Source: an uncultured Actinomycetes bacterium (lineage in GTDB: Bacteria; Actinomycetota; Thermoleophilia; Gaiellales; JAICJC01). From it: 64,000 nucleotides of DNA. A program made the position numbers and the translations under genes. Of the stretch, positions 1 to 13,776 are shown piece after piece; position 1 is the stretch's first letter; the number at the start of each line of letters is the position of its first letter. The stretch lies in the NCBI GenBank assembly GCA_963794415.1, contig CAWCDI010000001.1:754262-818261 (forward strand), given 5' to 3'. A model generated the notes under the pieces. That model made no database searches. It was not told where the DNA came from and saw only the letters and a list, made by a program, of their open reading frames with translations.

Positions 1-662
1 GCAACTACAACACCGTCCCGGCGATCCGGTACCCGATGCGGCTCGCCGAGCTCATCGACCAGGCGCACGCCAACAACATCAAGGTGGTCGGCTGGTATCT
101 GCCCTCGTTGCTCCACACCGGGCTCGATCTGCACCGCATCCAGGCGAGCGTCGCGTTCCGCACGCCGCGCGGCGGGGCACTCGACTCCATGGCGGTCGAC
201 ATCGAATCCAGCGCCGTGCCGAGCCCGGCACTCCGAAGCGCCCGGCTGCTGCAGCTCGCGGCCTGGCTTCGGGCCTCCGTCGGCCCGTCGTATCCGCTGG
301 GGGCGATCATTCCGTCGCCGCGGGGCATGCAGCTCTCGCCCTCGTACTGGCCCGGCTTCCCGTTCTCGTCGCTCGCCCAGAGCTTCGATGTCGTGCTCCC
401 GATGGACTACGCCACCTACCACCGCGACACGCCGGCCGGGGTCGTCACCTACGAGCGCACGTCGCTTCGCATCCTCGCCCATCAGATGGAGTCTGCGCCG
501 CTGCCCATCCATGCGATCGGCGGGCTGGCGCCCGACTCGGGCAAGTGGATGACGTGGGCGTTCGTGCAGACGGCGCTCGCTCAGGGAGTGATCGGAGCGG
601 GTCTCTACGACCTGCCGACGACGCGCCCTGGCGCCTGGTGGGCCCTCGAGCACGTGCACTGA
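1..662 (+). CDS. 5'-truncated hypothetical protein, possibly a glycoside-hydrolase-like TIM-barrel protein (weak call)
   Basis: The frame of track ORF 36..662 stays open to the window edge (NYNTVPAIRYP...). GC3 is high. Family resemblance is weak (IDQAHANNIKVVGWY, VLPMDY). Confidence 0.5.
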   Translation, partial: NYNTVPAIRYPMRLAELIDQAHANNIKVVGWYLPSLLHTGLDLHRIQASVAFRTPRGGALDSMAVDIESSAVPSPALRSARLLQLAAWLRASVGPSYPLGAIIPSPRGMQLSPSYWPGFPFSSLAQSFDVVLPMDYATYHRDTPAGVVTYERTSLRILAHQMESAPLPIHAIGGLAPDSGKWMTWAFVQTALAQGVIGAGLYDLPTTRPGAWWALEHVH

Positions 663-698
663 GGGAACTGACCAGCCGCCGCGGCACGCGCACCTACG

Positions 699-1847
699 AT
701 GCCTGCCATGGCCTCTCGTCAGTACCTGATCACGCCCGGCCCGACCCCGATCCCGCCCGAGGTCACCGCGGCGATGTCGGCGCCCATCATGCATCACCGA
801 AGCCCCGAGTTCAAGGTCGTATTCGAGGCTGTCCTCGCCGGTCTGAAGCACGTCTACCAGACCCAGAACGAGGTGCTGGTGCTGGCCGGCTCGGGTACCG
901 CCGGCATGGAGTCCGCTGTGCTCAACCTCTGGGCGCCGGGCGATCGCGTCGTGGTCGCCTCGGCCGGCAACTTCGGCGAGCGCTGGGCAAAGCTGTGCGA
1001 TCGGCACGGCATCCCTGTCGAGCACCTGGCACAGGAGTGGGGCGAGCGCCTCGACCCCGAGGCGATCGGGCGCGCGGCCGAGGGCGCGACGTCGGTCTAC
1101 GTGACGCAGTCCGAGACTTCCACGGGAGTGGTGCACGACATCCAGGCCATCGCCGAGGCCGTCCGGCCGTCCGGCGCGGTCCTCGTGGTCGATGCAGTCT
1201 CGAGCCTTGGCGGAGTGAACCTCCCGGCCGACGAGTGGGGCGTCGATGTGGTCGTCTCCGGGTCGCAGAAGGCGCTGATGACGCCGCCGGGCCTCGCCTA
1301 CGTGTCGGTCTCGCCGCGGGCCTGGGAGCTCGCCCGGCGCGTCCCGACAGCAAGCTTCTACCTCGACTGGGAGGGCACGGCCGAGGCCCAGGCGAAGGGA
1401 AACACCGCATTCACCCCGCCGGTCACGCTGCTCTTCGGGCAGCGCGCCGCGCTCGAGCTCATCGAGGAGCACGGGCTCGAGGCTACCTTCGCCCACAACC
1501 GGCGGCTCGCGCTCGCGGCTCGCTCGGGCGTGAAGGCGCTCGGCCTCTCGCTCTTCTCGCCCGATGACGAGACCAGCGCCATGGTGACGGCCTTCACGAT
1601 GCCGGACGGGCTGGACGGCCAGAAGGTGTACTCGACGCTTCGCGACAACTTCGGCATCGTCCTGGCAGGCGGGCAGGGGCGTCTCCGCGGAACGATCATG
1701 CGCATCGGCCACATGGGCTACATGAACGAGTTCGACATCGTCACCGCCCTCTCCGGGCTCGAGCTCGCGCTCGCGCAGCTCGGGTACGAGGCCCCCGCCA
1801 CGGGTGCGGGCGCGGCCGCAGCGCTGCAGGTGTTCAAGGGTGAGTGA
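699..1847 (+). CDS. Class V PLP-dependent aminotransferase (serine-pyruvate / alanine-glyoxylate / phosphoserine aminotransferase type)
   Basis: 382 aa. N-terminus LITPGPTPIPPEV, and the PLP-lysine motif SGSQKAL. Its stop overlaps the serA start. Confidence 0.85.
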   Translation: MPAMASRQYLITPGPTPIPPEVTAAMSAPIMHHRSPEFKVVFEAVLAGLKHVYQTQNEVLVLAGSGTAGMESAVLNLWAPGDRVVVASAGNFGERWAKLCDRHGIPVEHLAQEWGERLDPEAIGRAAEGATSVYVTQSETSTGVVHDIQAIAEAVRPSGAVLVVDAVSSLGGVNLPADEWGVDVVVSGSQKALMTPPGLAYVSVSPRAWELARRVPTASFYLDWEGTAEAQAKGNTAFTPPVTLLFGQRAALELIEEHGLEATFAHNRRLALAARSGVKALGLSLFSPDDETSAMVTAFTMPDGLDGQKVYSTLRDNFGIVLAGGQGRLRGTIMRIGHMGYMNEFDIVTALSGLELALAQLGYEAPATGAGAAAALQVFKGE

Positions 1848-3423
1848 CGGCCGGCTGCGCGTCCTCGTCAAGGAGAAGATCGCGCAGGGCGGCATCGACA
1901 TGCTCGCCGAGCGGTTCGACGTCGATCTCGGCATCGACTGGCCGCCGGAAGACCTGCCGAAGCGTCTCGGTGACTATGACGCGCTCATCGTGCGCAGCGC
2001 GACCACGGTCACGGCCGAGCTCATCGAGCAGGCGCCGCGGCTCAAGGTGGTCGGCCGGGCCGGCACGGGGGTCGACAACGTCGACGTCGACGCCGCCACG
2101 CGCCACGGCGTGATCGTCGCAAACGCGCCGGGCTCCAACATGGTTGCCGCGGCCGAGCACGCCATCGGCCTGCTGCTCGCCGTTGCCCGCAACATCCCGC
2201 AGGCCCACGAGGCACTCACCCACGGCCGGTGGGAGCGCTCGAAGTTCGGCGGCGTCGAGCTGGCCGACAAGACGCTCGGGATCGTCGGCTTCGGCCGCAT
2301 CGGCCAGCTGGTGTCCGCCCGTGCGCGCGCGCTCGGCATGAAGGTGATCGTGCACGACCCGTTCGTGTCGGCGGAGCGCGCCCGCGAGCTGCAGGTGGCC
2401 CAGGTCAGCCTCGACGAGCTCTGGGCCCAGGCCGAGTTCATCACGCTGCACGCGCCGCTCACCGCCGAGACCCGGCACGTGATCAACGACGCCTCCATCG
2501 CGGCCATGCGCGACGGCGTGCGCATCGTCAACGACGCGCGCGGCGACCTCGTCGACATCGACGCGCTCGTGCGCGGGCTCGAGTCGGGCAAGATCGCCGG
2601 GGCCGGGCTCGACGTGTTCCCGACAGAGCCCTACACCGACGGCGCCGTGCTCAAGCTCCCGAATGTCGTGGTGACGCCGCACCTCGGTGCGTCCACCCGG
2701 GAGGCCCAGGATCGAGCGGGCGTGATCGTCGCCGAGCAGGTGGCCGCGGCCCTCTCGGGCGAGTTCGTCGCAAACGCCGTCAACATCCCGCAGGTCGGCG
2801 CCGAGGCCATGGAGGTGCTCGGGCCGTACCTCCCGCTTGCCCGGCAGCTCGGCAAGATGGCGCTCGGACTGTGCGATCTGGGGCCCGAGGGCCTCGAGGT
2901 GCTCTATTCCGGCAGCCTTGCTGACTACGACACGCGGCTGCTCACCTCTGCGGTCATCGAGGGTGCGCTCTCGGCCCGCTCCGACGAGCCCGTGAACCTC
3001 GTGAACGCCGCATCCATCGCCGCCAGCCGGGGCATCGCGGTCAGCGAGTCGCGCACCACCGACGTCGGCGATTACACGACGCTCATCACCGTTCGCTGCC
3101 GGGGGAACACCACGGTCTCGGGCACCACCATCGGCCGCGACGACCGGCCCTGGCTGGTGGGTGTCTACGGCCAGCAGGTCGAGATCGAGCTGGCGCCCCA
3201 CATGCTCGTGGTCATGAACGAGGATCGGCCCGGGATGATCGGCAAGGTCGGCACGCTGGTCGGATCCGAGGGCATCAACATCGCCAACATGAACGTCTCG
3301 CGGGCCGATACGGGCGAGCGGGCCGTCATGGTGATCGCGCTCGACTCACCGCCTCCGTCCCTCGCGCTCGATCGCCTGCGGGAGCTCGACGGCATCGTCT
3401 CGGTCAGGTCGGTCGAGGCCTAA
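1840..3423 (+). CDS. serA: D-3-phosphoglycerate dehydrogenase
   Basis: GTG 1840 (VSDGRLRVLVKEK) is in frame with track ORF 1804..3423. NAD-binding motif GIVGFGRIGQ, plus a C-terminal ACT-like domain. Overlaps the upstream stop by 8 nt. Confidence 0.9.
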   Translation: MSDGRLRVLVKEKIAQGGIDMLAERFDVDLGIDWPPEDLPKRLGDYDALIVRSATTVTAELIEQAPRLKVVGRAGTGVDNVDVDAATRHGVIVANAPGSNMVAAAEHAIGLLLAVARNIPQAHEALTHGRWERSKFGGVELADKTLGIVGFGRIGQLVSARARALGMKVIVHDPFVSAERARELQVAQVSLDELWAQAEFITLHAPLTAETRHVINDASIAAMRDGVRIVNDARGDLVDIDALVRGLESGKIAGAGLDVFPTEPYTDGAVLKLPNVVVTPHLGASTREAQDRAGVIVAEQVAAALSGEFVANAVNIPQVGAEAMEVLGPYLPLARQLGKMALGLCDLGPEGLEVLYSGSLADYDTRLLTSAVIEGALSARSDEPVNLVNAASIAASRGIAVSESRTTDVGDYTTLITVRCRGNTTVSGTTIGRDDRPWLVGVYGQQVEIELAPHMLVVMNEDRPGMIGKVGTLVGSEGINIANMNVSRADTGERAVMVIALDSPPPSLALDRLRELDGIVSVRSVEA

Positions 3424-4178
3424 CCGGCGCGCCGTGCCCTGATGGTCATCGTGACCATCGGCATGGGAAACTCGTCGCGCCCGCGCAGATCCGGGTGGGT
3501 GCGGCACATCTCGGCGATCTGCTCGAGCCGCTGCTCATGGTCGGCGGGATCCATGATGGCGATCGTGGACGTGGAGCGGGCCCAGTCCACCAGGCGCTCG
3601 GGGGTGTAGAGCTCGCGGTGCGGAAACGGCCGCTGCTCGTAGGCCTCGAAGAGCGGCGAGCTGGTGAGCGGCGCGCCGTCCGACCAGTCCCATCGCGAGG
3701 CGCTCTCGACCGGGATCTTGAGGATCCGCGTGAGCTCGGCGACCCACGGCTCGGCGTCGTCGCGGGTGTTCCAGAGCAGGCCCAGCATGCCGCCGGGCCG
3801 TAGTACCCGGGCGATCTCCGTGAGCGAGGGGACGGGATCGAACCAGTGAAACGCCTGCGCAGCGACCACCGCATCGGCCGACTCGCCGGGCACGGGGATG
3901 TGCTCGGCAGTGCCTTCCAGCACCGGCACGTCGGGGAGCACTGCGGCGAACTGCTCGCGCATCCCCGCGAGTGGCTCAACCGCCGTGACGTCGAGCCCGA
4001 GCGCCACCAGGCCCTCGGTGAGCTTGCCGGTGCCGGCGCCGAGATCGATCACCTGCGGCCCCGGCGCAGAGGCGAGCATCCACTCGATCGCAGAGGCCGG
4101 ATAGCCCGGCCGGCCGCGCACATACGCGCCTGCGACGCCGCCGAACGACGTGGCTCGGCGGTGCCGGATATCGTCCAT
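3420..4178 (-). CDS. Class I SAM-dependent methyltransferase
   Basis: Internal ATG at 4178 (MDDIRHRR...). SAM motif VIDLGAGTGKLT. The first 100 aa of the track ORF are Arg/Pro-rich and look non-coding. Confidence 0.8.
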   Translation of the reverse strand: MDDIRHRRATSFGGVAGAYVRGRPGYPASAIEWMLASAPGPQVIDLGAGTGKLTEGLVALGLDVTAVEPLAGMREQFAAVLPDVPVLEGTAEHIPVPGESADAVVAAQAFHWFDPVPSLTEIARVLRPGGMLGLLWNTRDDAEPWVAELTRILKIPVESASRWDWSDGAPLTSSPLFEAYEQRPFPHRELYTPERLVDWARSTSTIAIMDPADHEQRLEQIAEMCRTHPDLRGRDEFPMPMVTMTIRARRAG

Positions 4179-4258
4179 GCGGGGCAAACTACCCGAACAG
4201 GCCGCCCGCTCCGGTAACATTTTCGCGAAAAGGTCAGCCCGACGAAGGGGAACATGGA

Positions 4259-5188
4259 ATGCAGAAGACGGACAAAATCTGGCGTAACGGGAGCTTCGTT
4301 TCATGGGACGACGCCAAGGTTCATGTCCTGACGCACGCATTGCACTACGGCACCGGGGTCTTCGAGGGCATCCGCGCCTACGAGACTCCCAAGGGTCCCG
4401 CCGTGTTCCGCCTGACCGACCACCTCGAGCGGTTCCGCCGCTCGGCGGCGCTCTACGAGATGGATCTGCCGTACTCAACGGCCGAGCTCGCAGCGGTCGT
4501 GCACGAGACCGTGTCGCTGAACGACGTGCCCTCCTGCTACATCCGCCCGATCGCCTACCGCGGATACGGCGAGATGGGCCTCGATCCGCGCAAGAACCCG
4601 GTGGACATCGCCGTGGCGGTGTGGCCGTGGGGCGCCTATCTCGGTGAGGACGCTCTCGAGCACGGGGTGCGCTGCAAGATCTCCAGCATCCGCCGCATCG
4701 GGCCCAACACGATGCCGCCGGCTGCCAAGGCCACCGGCCAGTACATCAACTCGGTGCTCGCAAAGCTCGAGGCCAGCCGCAGCGGCTATGACGAGGCCAT
4801 CCTCCTGAACGAGCACGGCTCAATCGCCGACGGCTCCGGGGAAAACGTGTTCGTGGTGCGCGACGGCGTGGTGTACACGCCGCCCACCAGCGACTCGTGC
4901 CTCCCGGGGATCACCCGCTCGAGCCTGATGCGCATCGCAACCGCGCTTGGCTACGAGGTGCGCGAGGTGCCGCTCGTGCGCACCGACCTCTACTTCGCCG
5001 ATGAGGTGTTCCTGTGCGGCACCGCCGCCGAGGTGACCCCGGTGGCGTCGGTGGACGACCACTCCACGGGCGGCCGCGGGCCGGTCACCAAGGAGCTCCA
5101 GGACGTGTTCTTCGCCACGGTCGCCGGCACGGATGACCGCTTCGGCGACATGCTCGAGTATCCCGTCACCGCTCCGGTGGCCGGTTGA
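4259..5188 (+). CDS. ilvE: Branched-chain amino acid aminotransferase (class IV)
   Basis: 309 aa with typical IlvE sequence (HALHYGTGVFEGIRAY, ...GENVFVV...PGITR). Confidence 0.9.
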   Translation: MQKTDKIWRNGSFVSWDDAKVHVLTHALHYGTGVFEGIRAYETPKGPAVFRLTDHLERFRRSAALYEMDLPYSTAELAAVVHETVSLNDVPSCYIRPIAYRGYGEMGLDPRKNPVDIAVAVWPWGAYLGEDALEHGVRCKISSIRRIGPNTMPPAAKATGQYINSVLAKLEASRSGYDEAILLNEHGSIADGSGENVFVVRDGVVYTPPTSDSCLPGITRSSLMRIATALGYEVREVPLVRTDLYFADEVFLCGTAAEVTPVASVDDHSTGGRGPVTKELQDVFFATVAGTDDRFGDMLEYPVTAPVAG

Positions 5189-5198
5189 GGTCCGCAGG

Positions 5199-6317
5199 AT
5201 GGTGATGGCACGGACGATCCCGCTCGCGCTGCCCTCCGTGGGCGAGCGCGAGCGCGAGCTCGTCATGGAGGTGCTGCGCTCCGGCGCTCTGGCGCAGGGG
5301 CCGATGGTGCCCGCGTTCGAGCAGGCGTTCGCCCAGCGGCTCGGGGTAAAGCACGGGATCGCTGTCTCGAGCGGCACCACCGGCCTTCACACGGCCCTGC
5401 ATCGAGCTGGGGTCGGGCCGGGTGACGAGGTCATCACGTCCAGCTTCTCGTTCATCGCCTCATCCAACGTGATCGCCGTCGAGCGTGCCACGCCGGTCTT
5501 CGCCGACATCGACGAGCAGTCCCTCAACATCGATCCCGACGCGATCGAGGCCGCAATCACGCCGCGCACCAGGGCGATCCTGCCGGTGCACATCTTCGGC
5601 TACCCCGCCGAGATCGAGGCCATCAACCGCATCGCCTCAAAGCACGGCCTGGCGGTGGTCGAGGACGCGTGCGAGGCCGTGGGCGCCACCATCAACGGCC
5701 GTCCGGTGGGCAGCCACGGAAACCCCGCGGTGTACGGCTTCTATCCCAACAAGCAGCTCACCACCGCCGAGGGCGGCCTCATCGCGGTTGACGACGACAC
5801 GGCCGCCATGGAGATGCGAAGCCTCATCAACCAGGGCCGCTCGGAGCACGGCGACTGGCTCACGCACACGCGCATCGGGTTCAACTACCGCATGGACGAG
5901 ATGTCGGCGGCCGTCGGCCTCGGCCAGCTCGAGAAGCTCGACCAGATGCAGGCGCGGCGCACGCAGATCGCCGAGCGCTACTGCGAGCTCCTGGCCGGCG
6001 TCGATGGCGTGGAGCTCCCGTGGGTGGGCCCGCACACGCGCAGCTGGTTCGTCTTCTACGTACGGCTGGACGCCGCCGTGAACCGGGCCGACGTCATCGA
6101 CCGGATGGCAGCGCGCGGCGTGGCCACCCGGCCGTACCTGCCGGCGATCCACCTCCAGCCGCCGTACCGCGAGCGCTACGGCTTTGCCCCCGGCATGCTG
6201 CCGGTCACCGAGCGGGTCAGCACGTCCACCCTGGCGCTCCCGTTCTTCGTGGACATCGGCGACGACGACGTGGCCTACGTCGTCGAGAGCCTGCGCGAGG
6301 TGCTCTCAGAGGCGTGA
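5199..6317 (+). CDS. DegT/DnrJ/EryC1/StrS family sugar aminotransferase
   Basis: ATG 5199 lies 8 nt after GAGG. Family-typical sequence: LALPSVGERE...AFEQAFA...GTTGLH, FYPNKQLTTAEGG. Confidence 0.85.
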   Translation: MVMARTIPLALPSVGERERELVMEVLRSGALAQGPMVPAFEQAFAQRLGVKHGIAVSSGTTGLHTALHRAGVGPGDEVITSSFSFIASSNVIAVERATPVFADIDEQSLNIDPDAIEAAITPRTRAILPVHIFGYPAEIEAINRIASKHGLAVVEDACEAVGATINGRPVGSHGNPAVYGFYPNKQLTTAEGGLIAVDDDTAAMEMRSLINQGRSEHGDWLTHTRIGFNYRMDEMSAAVGLGQLEKLDQMQARRTQIAERYCELLAGVDGVELPWVGPHTRSWFVFYVRLDAAVNRADVIDRMAARGVATRPYLPAIHLQPPYRERYGFAPGMLPVTERVSTSTLALPFFVDIGDDDVAYVVESLREVLSEA

Positions 6318-6331
6318 GCGAGCCCGCTGCC

Positions 6332-6568
6332 ATGGTCTTTCTCGGCTACGGCAAGTACGTGCGGGCCGATCGGATCTATGCCCTCGAGCCCATCGCCGAC
6401 GACGATCGCGGCGACGGCCGCCGCACCAGGGTGTGGGTCGAGGGCATCCCGGAGCCGCTCATCGCGTCGCGCACCGAGCGCACCATCCTCGCCGAGATGG
6501 GCGAGGCTCGCACGCTGGCCGCTGCCGTCGGCCGCCGCCGGCGCGCCCAGATGTCCTTCCTGGACTGA
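6332..6568 (+). CDS. DUF370 / RemA-like small protein
   Basis: ATG 6332. MVFLGYGKYVRADRIYALEPI...GRRTRVWV resembles the RemA/YlzA family. An alternative start is GTG 6314, which overlaps the degT-like stop. Confidence 0.6.
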   Translation: MVFLGYGKYVRADRIYALEPIADDDRGDGRRTRVWVEGIPEPLIASRTERTILAEMGEARTLAAAVGRRRRAQMSFLD

Positions 6569-7101
6569 TGCTCCACCTCGAGGGCGACTCCGTCGCAGCC
6601 GCGCGCGAGCTCATCGGCTGGCAGGTGGCCGTCGATGGGGTGGGCGGGGTGATCGTCGAGACCGAGGCCTACCTGCCCGGCGACCCCGCCTCGCACGCGT
6701 TTCGCGGCCAGACGGTGCGAAACGCAGCGATGTTCGGGCCGGCGGGGCGCTGGTACGTGTACCGCTCCTACGGCATCCACTGGTGCATGAACATCGTGTG
6801 CGGCCCGGTGGGGACAGGGTCGGCCGTGCTGATCAGGGCGATCGAGCCCACCACCGGCATCGCGGTCATGTCCGAGCGCCGCGGGCTGGAGGACGTTGAC
6901 CGGCTCTGCCGCGGCCCGGGGAACGTCGGCAAGGCGCTGGGGGCGGGACCCCGCCTGAATGGGCTGAGAGCCGACCTGAGCCCGCCCACGAGCCCGCGTG
7001 CCGTCGCCGTAGGCACGCGGATCGGCATCTCCCGGGGGATCGAGCAGCTGTGGCGGTTCGGCGACCCGCAGTCGCGCTCGGTCAGCCGGCCGTTTCGGTA
7101 G
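6568..7101 (+). CDS. mpg: DNA-3-methyladenine glycosylase (Mpg/AAG family)
   Basis: ATG 6568 overlaps the upstream TGA. Family-typical motifs: VIVETEAYLPGDPASHAFRG, RWYVYRSYGIHWCMN. Confidence 0.85.
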   Translation: MLHLEGDSVAAARELIGWQVAVDGVGGVIVETEAYLPGDPASHAFRGQTVRNAAMFGPAGRWYVYRSYGIHWCMNIVCGPVGTGSAVLIRAIEPTTGIAVMSERRGLEDVDRLCRGPGNVGKALGAGPRLNGLRADLSPPTSPRAVAVGTRIGISRGIEQLWRFGDPQSRSVSRPFR

Positions 7102-7142
7102 CGCCCTGGGCCCGCCGCCTGCGCGGGTATCATCGCCCCGCA

Positions 7143-8300
7143 ATGGCCGGGATCGACGAACTCACGCGAGGCGCCGTCAAGGTATTACCGGAGGGAGCGC
7201 TCGAGCAGAAGCTCGCGCTCGGCCGGCCGCTGCGGGTGAAGCTCGGCATCGATCCAACGGGCCAGGACATCCACATCGGAAACGCGATCCCGCTCCAGCG
7301 CATGCGGGCGTTCCAGGCCCAGGGGCACATCGGCGTCCTCATCGTCGGCGACTACACCGCCCGCATCGGCGATCCGTCCGGGCGCTCGAAGGAGCGCCCG
7401 GTGCTCTCGCCGGACGAGATCGACGCCAACGCGAAGCGGTTCTTCGAGCAGGCGTCCCACATCCTCGACCCCGACCGCACCGAGCTTCGGTTCAACTCCG
7501 AGTGGCTCGGCGACCTGGATTTCGCCGGGCTCCTCAGGCTGACCCGCACGATGACGGTGTCGCGGATGCTCGAGCGAAACGACTTCGAGCAGCGCTTCCA
7601 GGCCCACCAGCCCATCTCCATCTCCGAGTTCCTCTACCCGCTGATGCAGGGCTATGACTCGGTCGCGATCAAGGCCGACGTCGAGCTGGGCGGCACCGAC
7701 CAGGAGTACAACCTGCTCGCCGCCCGCGACATCCAGATCGCCTACGGCGTGGAGCCCCAGGTCGTCCTGACCACGCCGCTCATCAACGGGCCAAACGGCT
7801 CGCAGAAGATGTCGGCGTCGCTCAACAACTACATCGGCATCAGCGAGCCGCCGTCGGAGATGTACGGCAAGGCCATGAGCGCGGTGGACGAGCTGATGCC
7901 CCAGTACTACTTCCTGACGCTCGAGAGCGACGAGCCGCCCCCGGCCGACCCGTACACGGCCAAGCGCGAGTACGCCCGCCGGCTGGTGGAGCGCTGGCAC
8001 GGGGCGGAGGCCGCTGCCGACGCCGAGCGCGGCTTCGACCGCCAGTTCAAGGAGGGGAAGGCAGCCGACGACGCGCCGCAGACGCCGTTTCCCGATTCCG
8101 ACCCGGTGCACATGCCGGCCTATCTCGCTGCGAACGGCCTGGCGTCGTCGCGCGGCGAGGGCCGGCGGCTCATCACCCAGGGGGGAGTCCGCATCGACGG
8201 AGTGCCGCTCGGGGCCGCCGAGCTCGACGTGGAGCGCTCCCGGCTGGCCGGGGCCGAGCTTCGCGTTGGACGTCGATTTGTGCGTGTTTCCAGCGATTAA
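7143..8300 (+). CDS. tyrS: Tyrosine--tRNA ligase
   Basis: ATG 7143. HIGH-type motif (DIHIGNAIP), KMSKS-type motif (KMSAS) and a C-terminal S4-like domain. Confidence 0.9.
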   Translation: MAGIDELTRGAVKVLPEGALEQKLALGRPLRVKLGIDPTGQDIHIGNAIPLQRMRAFQAQGHIGVLIVGDYTARIGDPSGRSKERPVLSPDEIDANAKRFFEQASHILDPDRTELRFNSEWLGDLDFAGLLRLTRTMTVSRMLERNDFEQRFQAHQPISISEFLYPLMQGYDSVAIKADVELGGTDQEYNLLAARDIQIAYGVEPQVVLTTPLINGPNGSQKMSASLNNYIGISEPPSEMYGKAMSAVDELMPQYYFLTLESDEPPPADPYTAKREYARRLVERWHGAEAAADAERGFDRQFKEGKAADDAPQTPFPDSDPVHMPAYLAANGLASSRGEGRRLITQGGVRIDGVPLGAAELDVERSRLAGAELRVGRRFVRVSSD

Positions 8301-8332
8301 GCGGGTTCTCTTCACCAAACGACGGTTCCCGT

Positions 8333-8361
8333 TTGCGCATCGCCCCGGGTGAGGGCATACT
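8333..8361 (+). promoter_or_regulatory. Candidate rrn promoter P1 (TTGCGC-N17-CATACT)
   Basis: Hexamers at 8333-8338 and 8356-8361 with a 17-nt spacer, upstream of the 16S leader. Pattern match only. Confidence 0.25.
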
Positions 8362-8412
8362 TCTCTCCGTCGCCGCTGCCCTGCGCAGCGGCGTTTCCTT
8401 GAGACTGGCAAG

Positions 8413-8441
8413 TTGCCGGAAGTCGCGGAGCTTGCTAGTGT
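8413..8441 (+). promoter_or_regulatory. Candidate rrn promoter P2 (TTGCCG-N17-TAGTGT)
   Basis: Hexamers at 8413-8418 and 8436-8441 with a 17-nt spacer, about 300 nt upstream of mature 16S. Pattern match only. Confidence 0.3.
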
Positions 8442-8465
8442 TCGAGGTCGCCCTTTGGGGGCGGT

Positions 8466-8491
8466 GGTCTTTGAAAACTCAACAGTTTGGA
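8466..8491 (+). promoter_or_regulatory. 16S leader: 5' half of the 16S processing stem, containing a boxA-like motif
   Basis: GGTCTTTGAAAACTCAACAGTTTGGA is nearly the exact reverse complement of spacer segment 10409..10434. TTTGAAAACTCAACAG resembles the actinobacterial rrn leader boxA. Confidence 0.7.
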
Positions 8492-8733
8492 AACTTTCTC
8501 CGGGGCACTCTGTCCCGGGGAACAGACAAACGTCGGGTTCGGTCGTCGTCTCAGTCAAGCGTGACGACGATACGCCGTCCTTCGGGACGGCAACCTTGCC
8601 GGAGCTCTGCGTGGGAAACCACGGTGGGTGGCCGGCACTTTTGAGAGCACAAGCTCTCTCTTACACAGTCAGAAACCGGCCGATGAACCTGGATCCCTTT
8701 CGAGGGCGCTGGGGGAGGCCGTTTCGCAAGCTG

Positions 8734-10281
<1,548 letters not shown>

Positions 10282-10408
10282 AGGGAAATGCAGCCGGCGC
10301 GCAAGCGTCCTGCTGTAGGCGCCACTCCCCGTGATGGCATACCGCCGTCCGGCGGACTGGCTCGCCTGGAATACGTCGACACTGACGTTCCCACTCCAAG
10401 AGGGTGGG

Positions 10409-10434
10409 TCCAAACTGTTGAGTTTTGAGAGACC
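10409..10434 (+). promoter_or_regulatory. ITS: 3' half of the 16S processing stem
   Basis: TCCAAACTGTTGAGTTTTGAGAGACC pairs with 8466..8491 (two mismatches or wobbles). Confidence 0.7.
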
Positions 10435-10489
10435 GTCGCTGCACTTCGGTGCTTTGACGACTCCCTCTAGGGCGAGCGAACGTCTCGCG

Positions 10490-10513
10490 CGCACCTTGAA
10501 AACTCCAGAGCGG
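10490..10513 (+). promoter_or_regulatory. ITS: 5' half of the 23S processing stem, with a second boxA-like motif
   Basis: CGCACCTTGAAAACTCCAGAGCGG is complementary to 13542..13565. It contains TTGAAAACTC, as does the leader. Confidence 0.65.
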
Positions 10514-10538
10514 TTTGTGGTGTTCTCTACTTGAAAGA

Positions 10539-13520
<2,982 letters not shown>

Positions 13521-13541
13521 CAATGTAGAGACCACTGCAAG

Positions 13542-13565
13542 CCGCTCTGGAGTTTTGAGGGTGCG
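13542..13565 (+). promoter_or_regulatory. 3' half of the 23S processing stem
   Basis: CCGCTCTGGAGTTTTGAGGGTGCG pairs with 10490..10513. Confidence 0.65.
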
Positions 13566-13590
13566 TGCCCTTCGCATGCAGCTTCCCAAT

Positions 13591-13708
13591 TTCCGGTGAC
13601 CATAGCGAGAGGGAAACACCTCTTCCCATTCCGAACAGAGTAGTTAAGCCTCTTAGCGCCGATGGTACTTGGGGCTCAAGCCCCTGGGAGAGTAGGTCGT
13701 CGCCGGGA
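13591..13708 (+). rRNA. rrf: 5S ribosomal RNA
   Basis: TTCCGGTGACCATAGCG...CCCATTCCGAACAGAG...GCGCCGATGGTACT...GGGAGAGTAGGTCGTCGCCGGGA. The terminal helix is complementary. Confidence 0.93.
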
Positions 13709-13720
13709 TTAACCTCAAAA

Positions 13721-13748
13721 GGGGCCGTCCTTCGGGGCGGCCCTTTTT
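13721..13748 (+). terminator. Rho-independent terminator of the rrn operon
   Basis: GGGCCGTCC-TTCG-GGGCGGCCC hairpin followed by TTTTT. Confidence 0.85.
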
Positions 13749-13776
13749 GCATCCCCAGCGGCTCTCGGGGCGCCGG

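Noticed and set aside
1834-3201. 455-aa minus-strand ORF antisense to serA
   Set aside because: Shadow ORF typical of 70% GC DNA. It is Arg/Gly/Pro/Asp-rich, has no recognisable domain, and its third-position GC is lower than in the serA frame.
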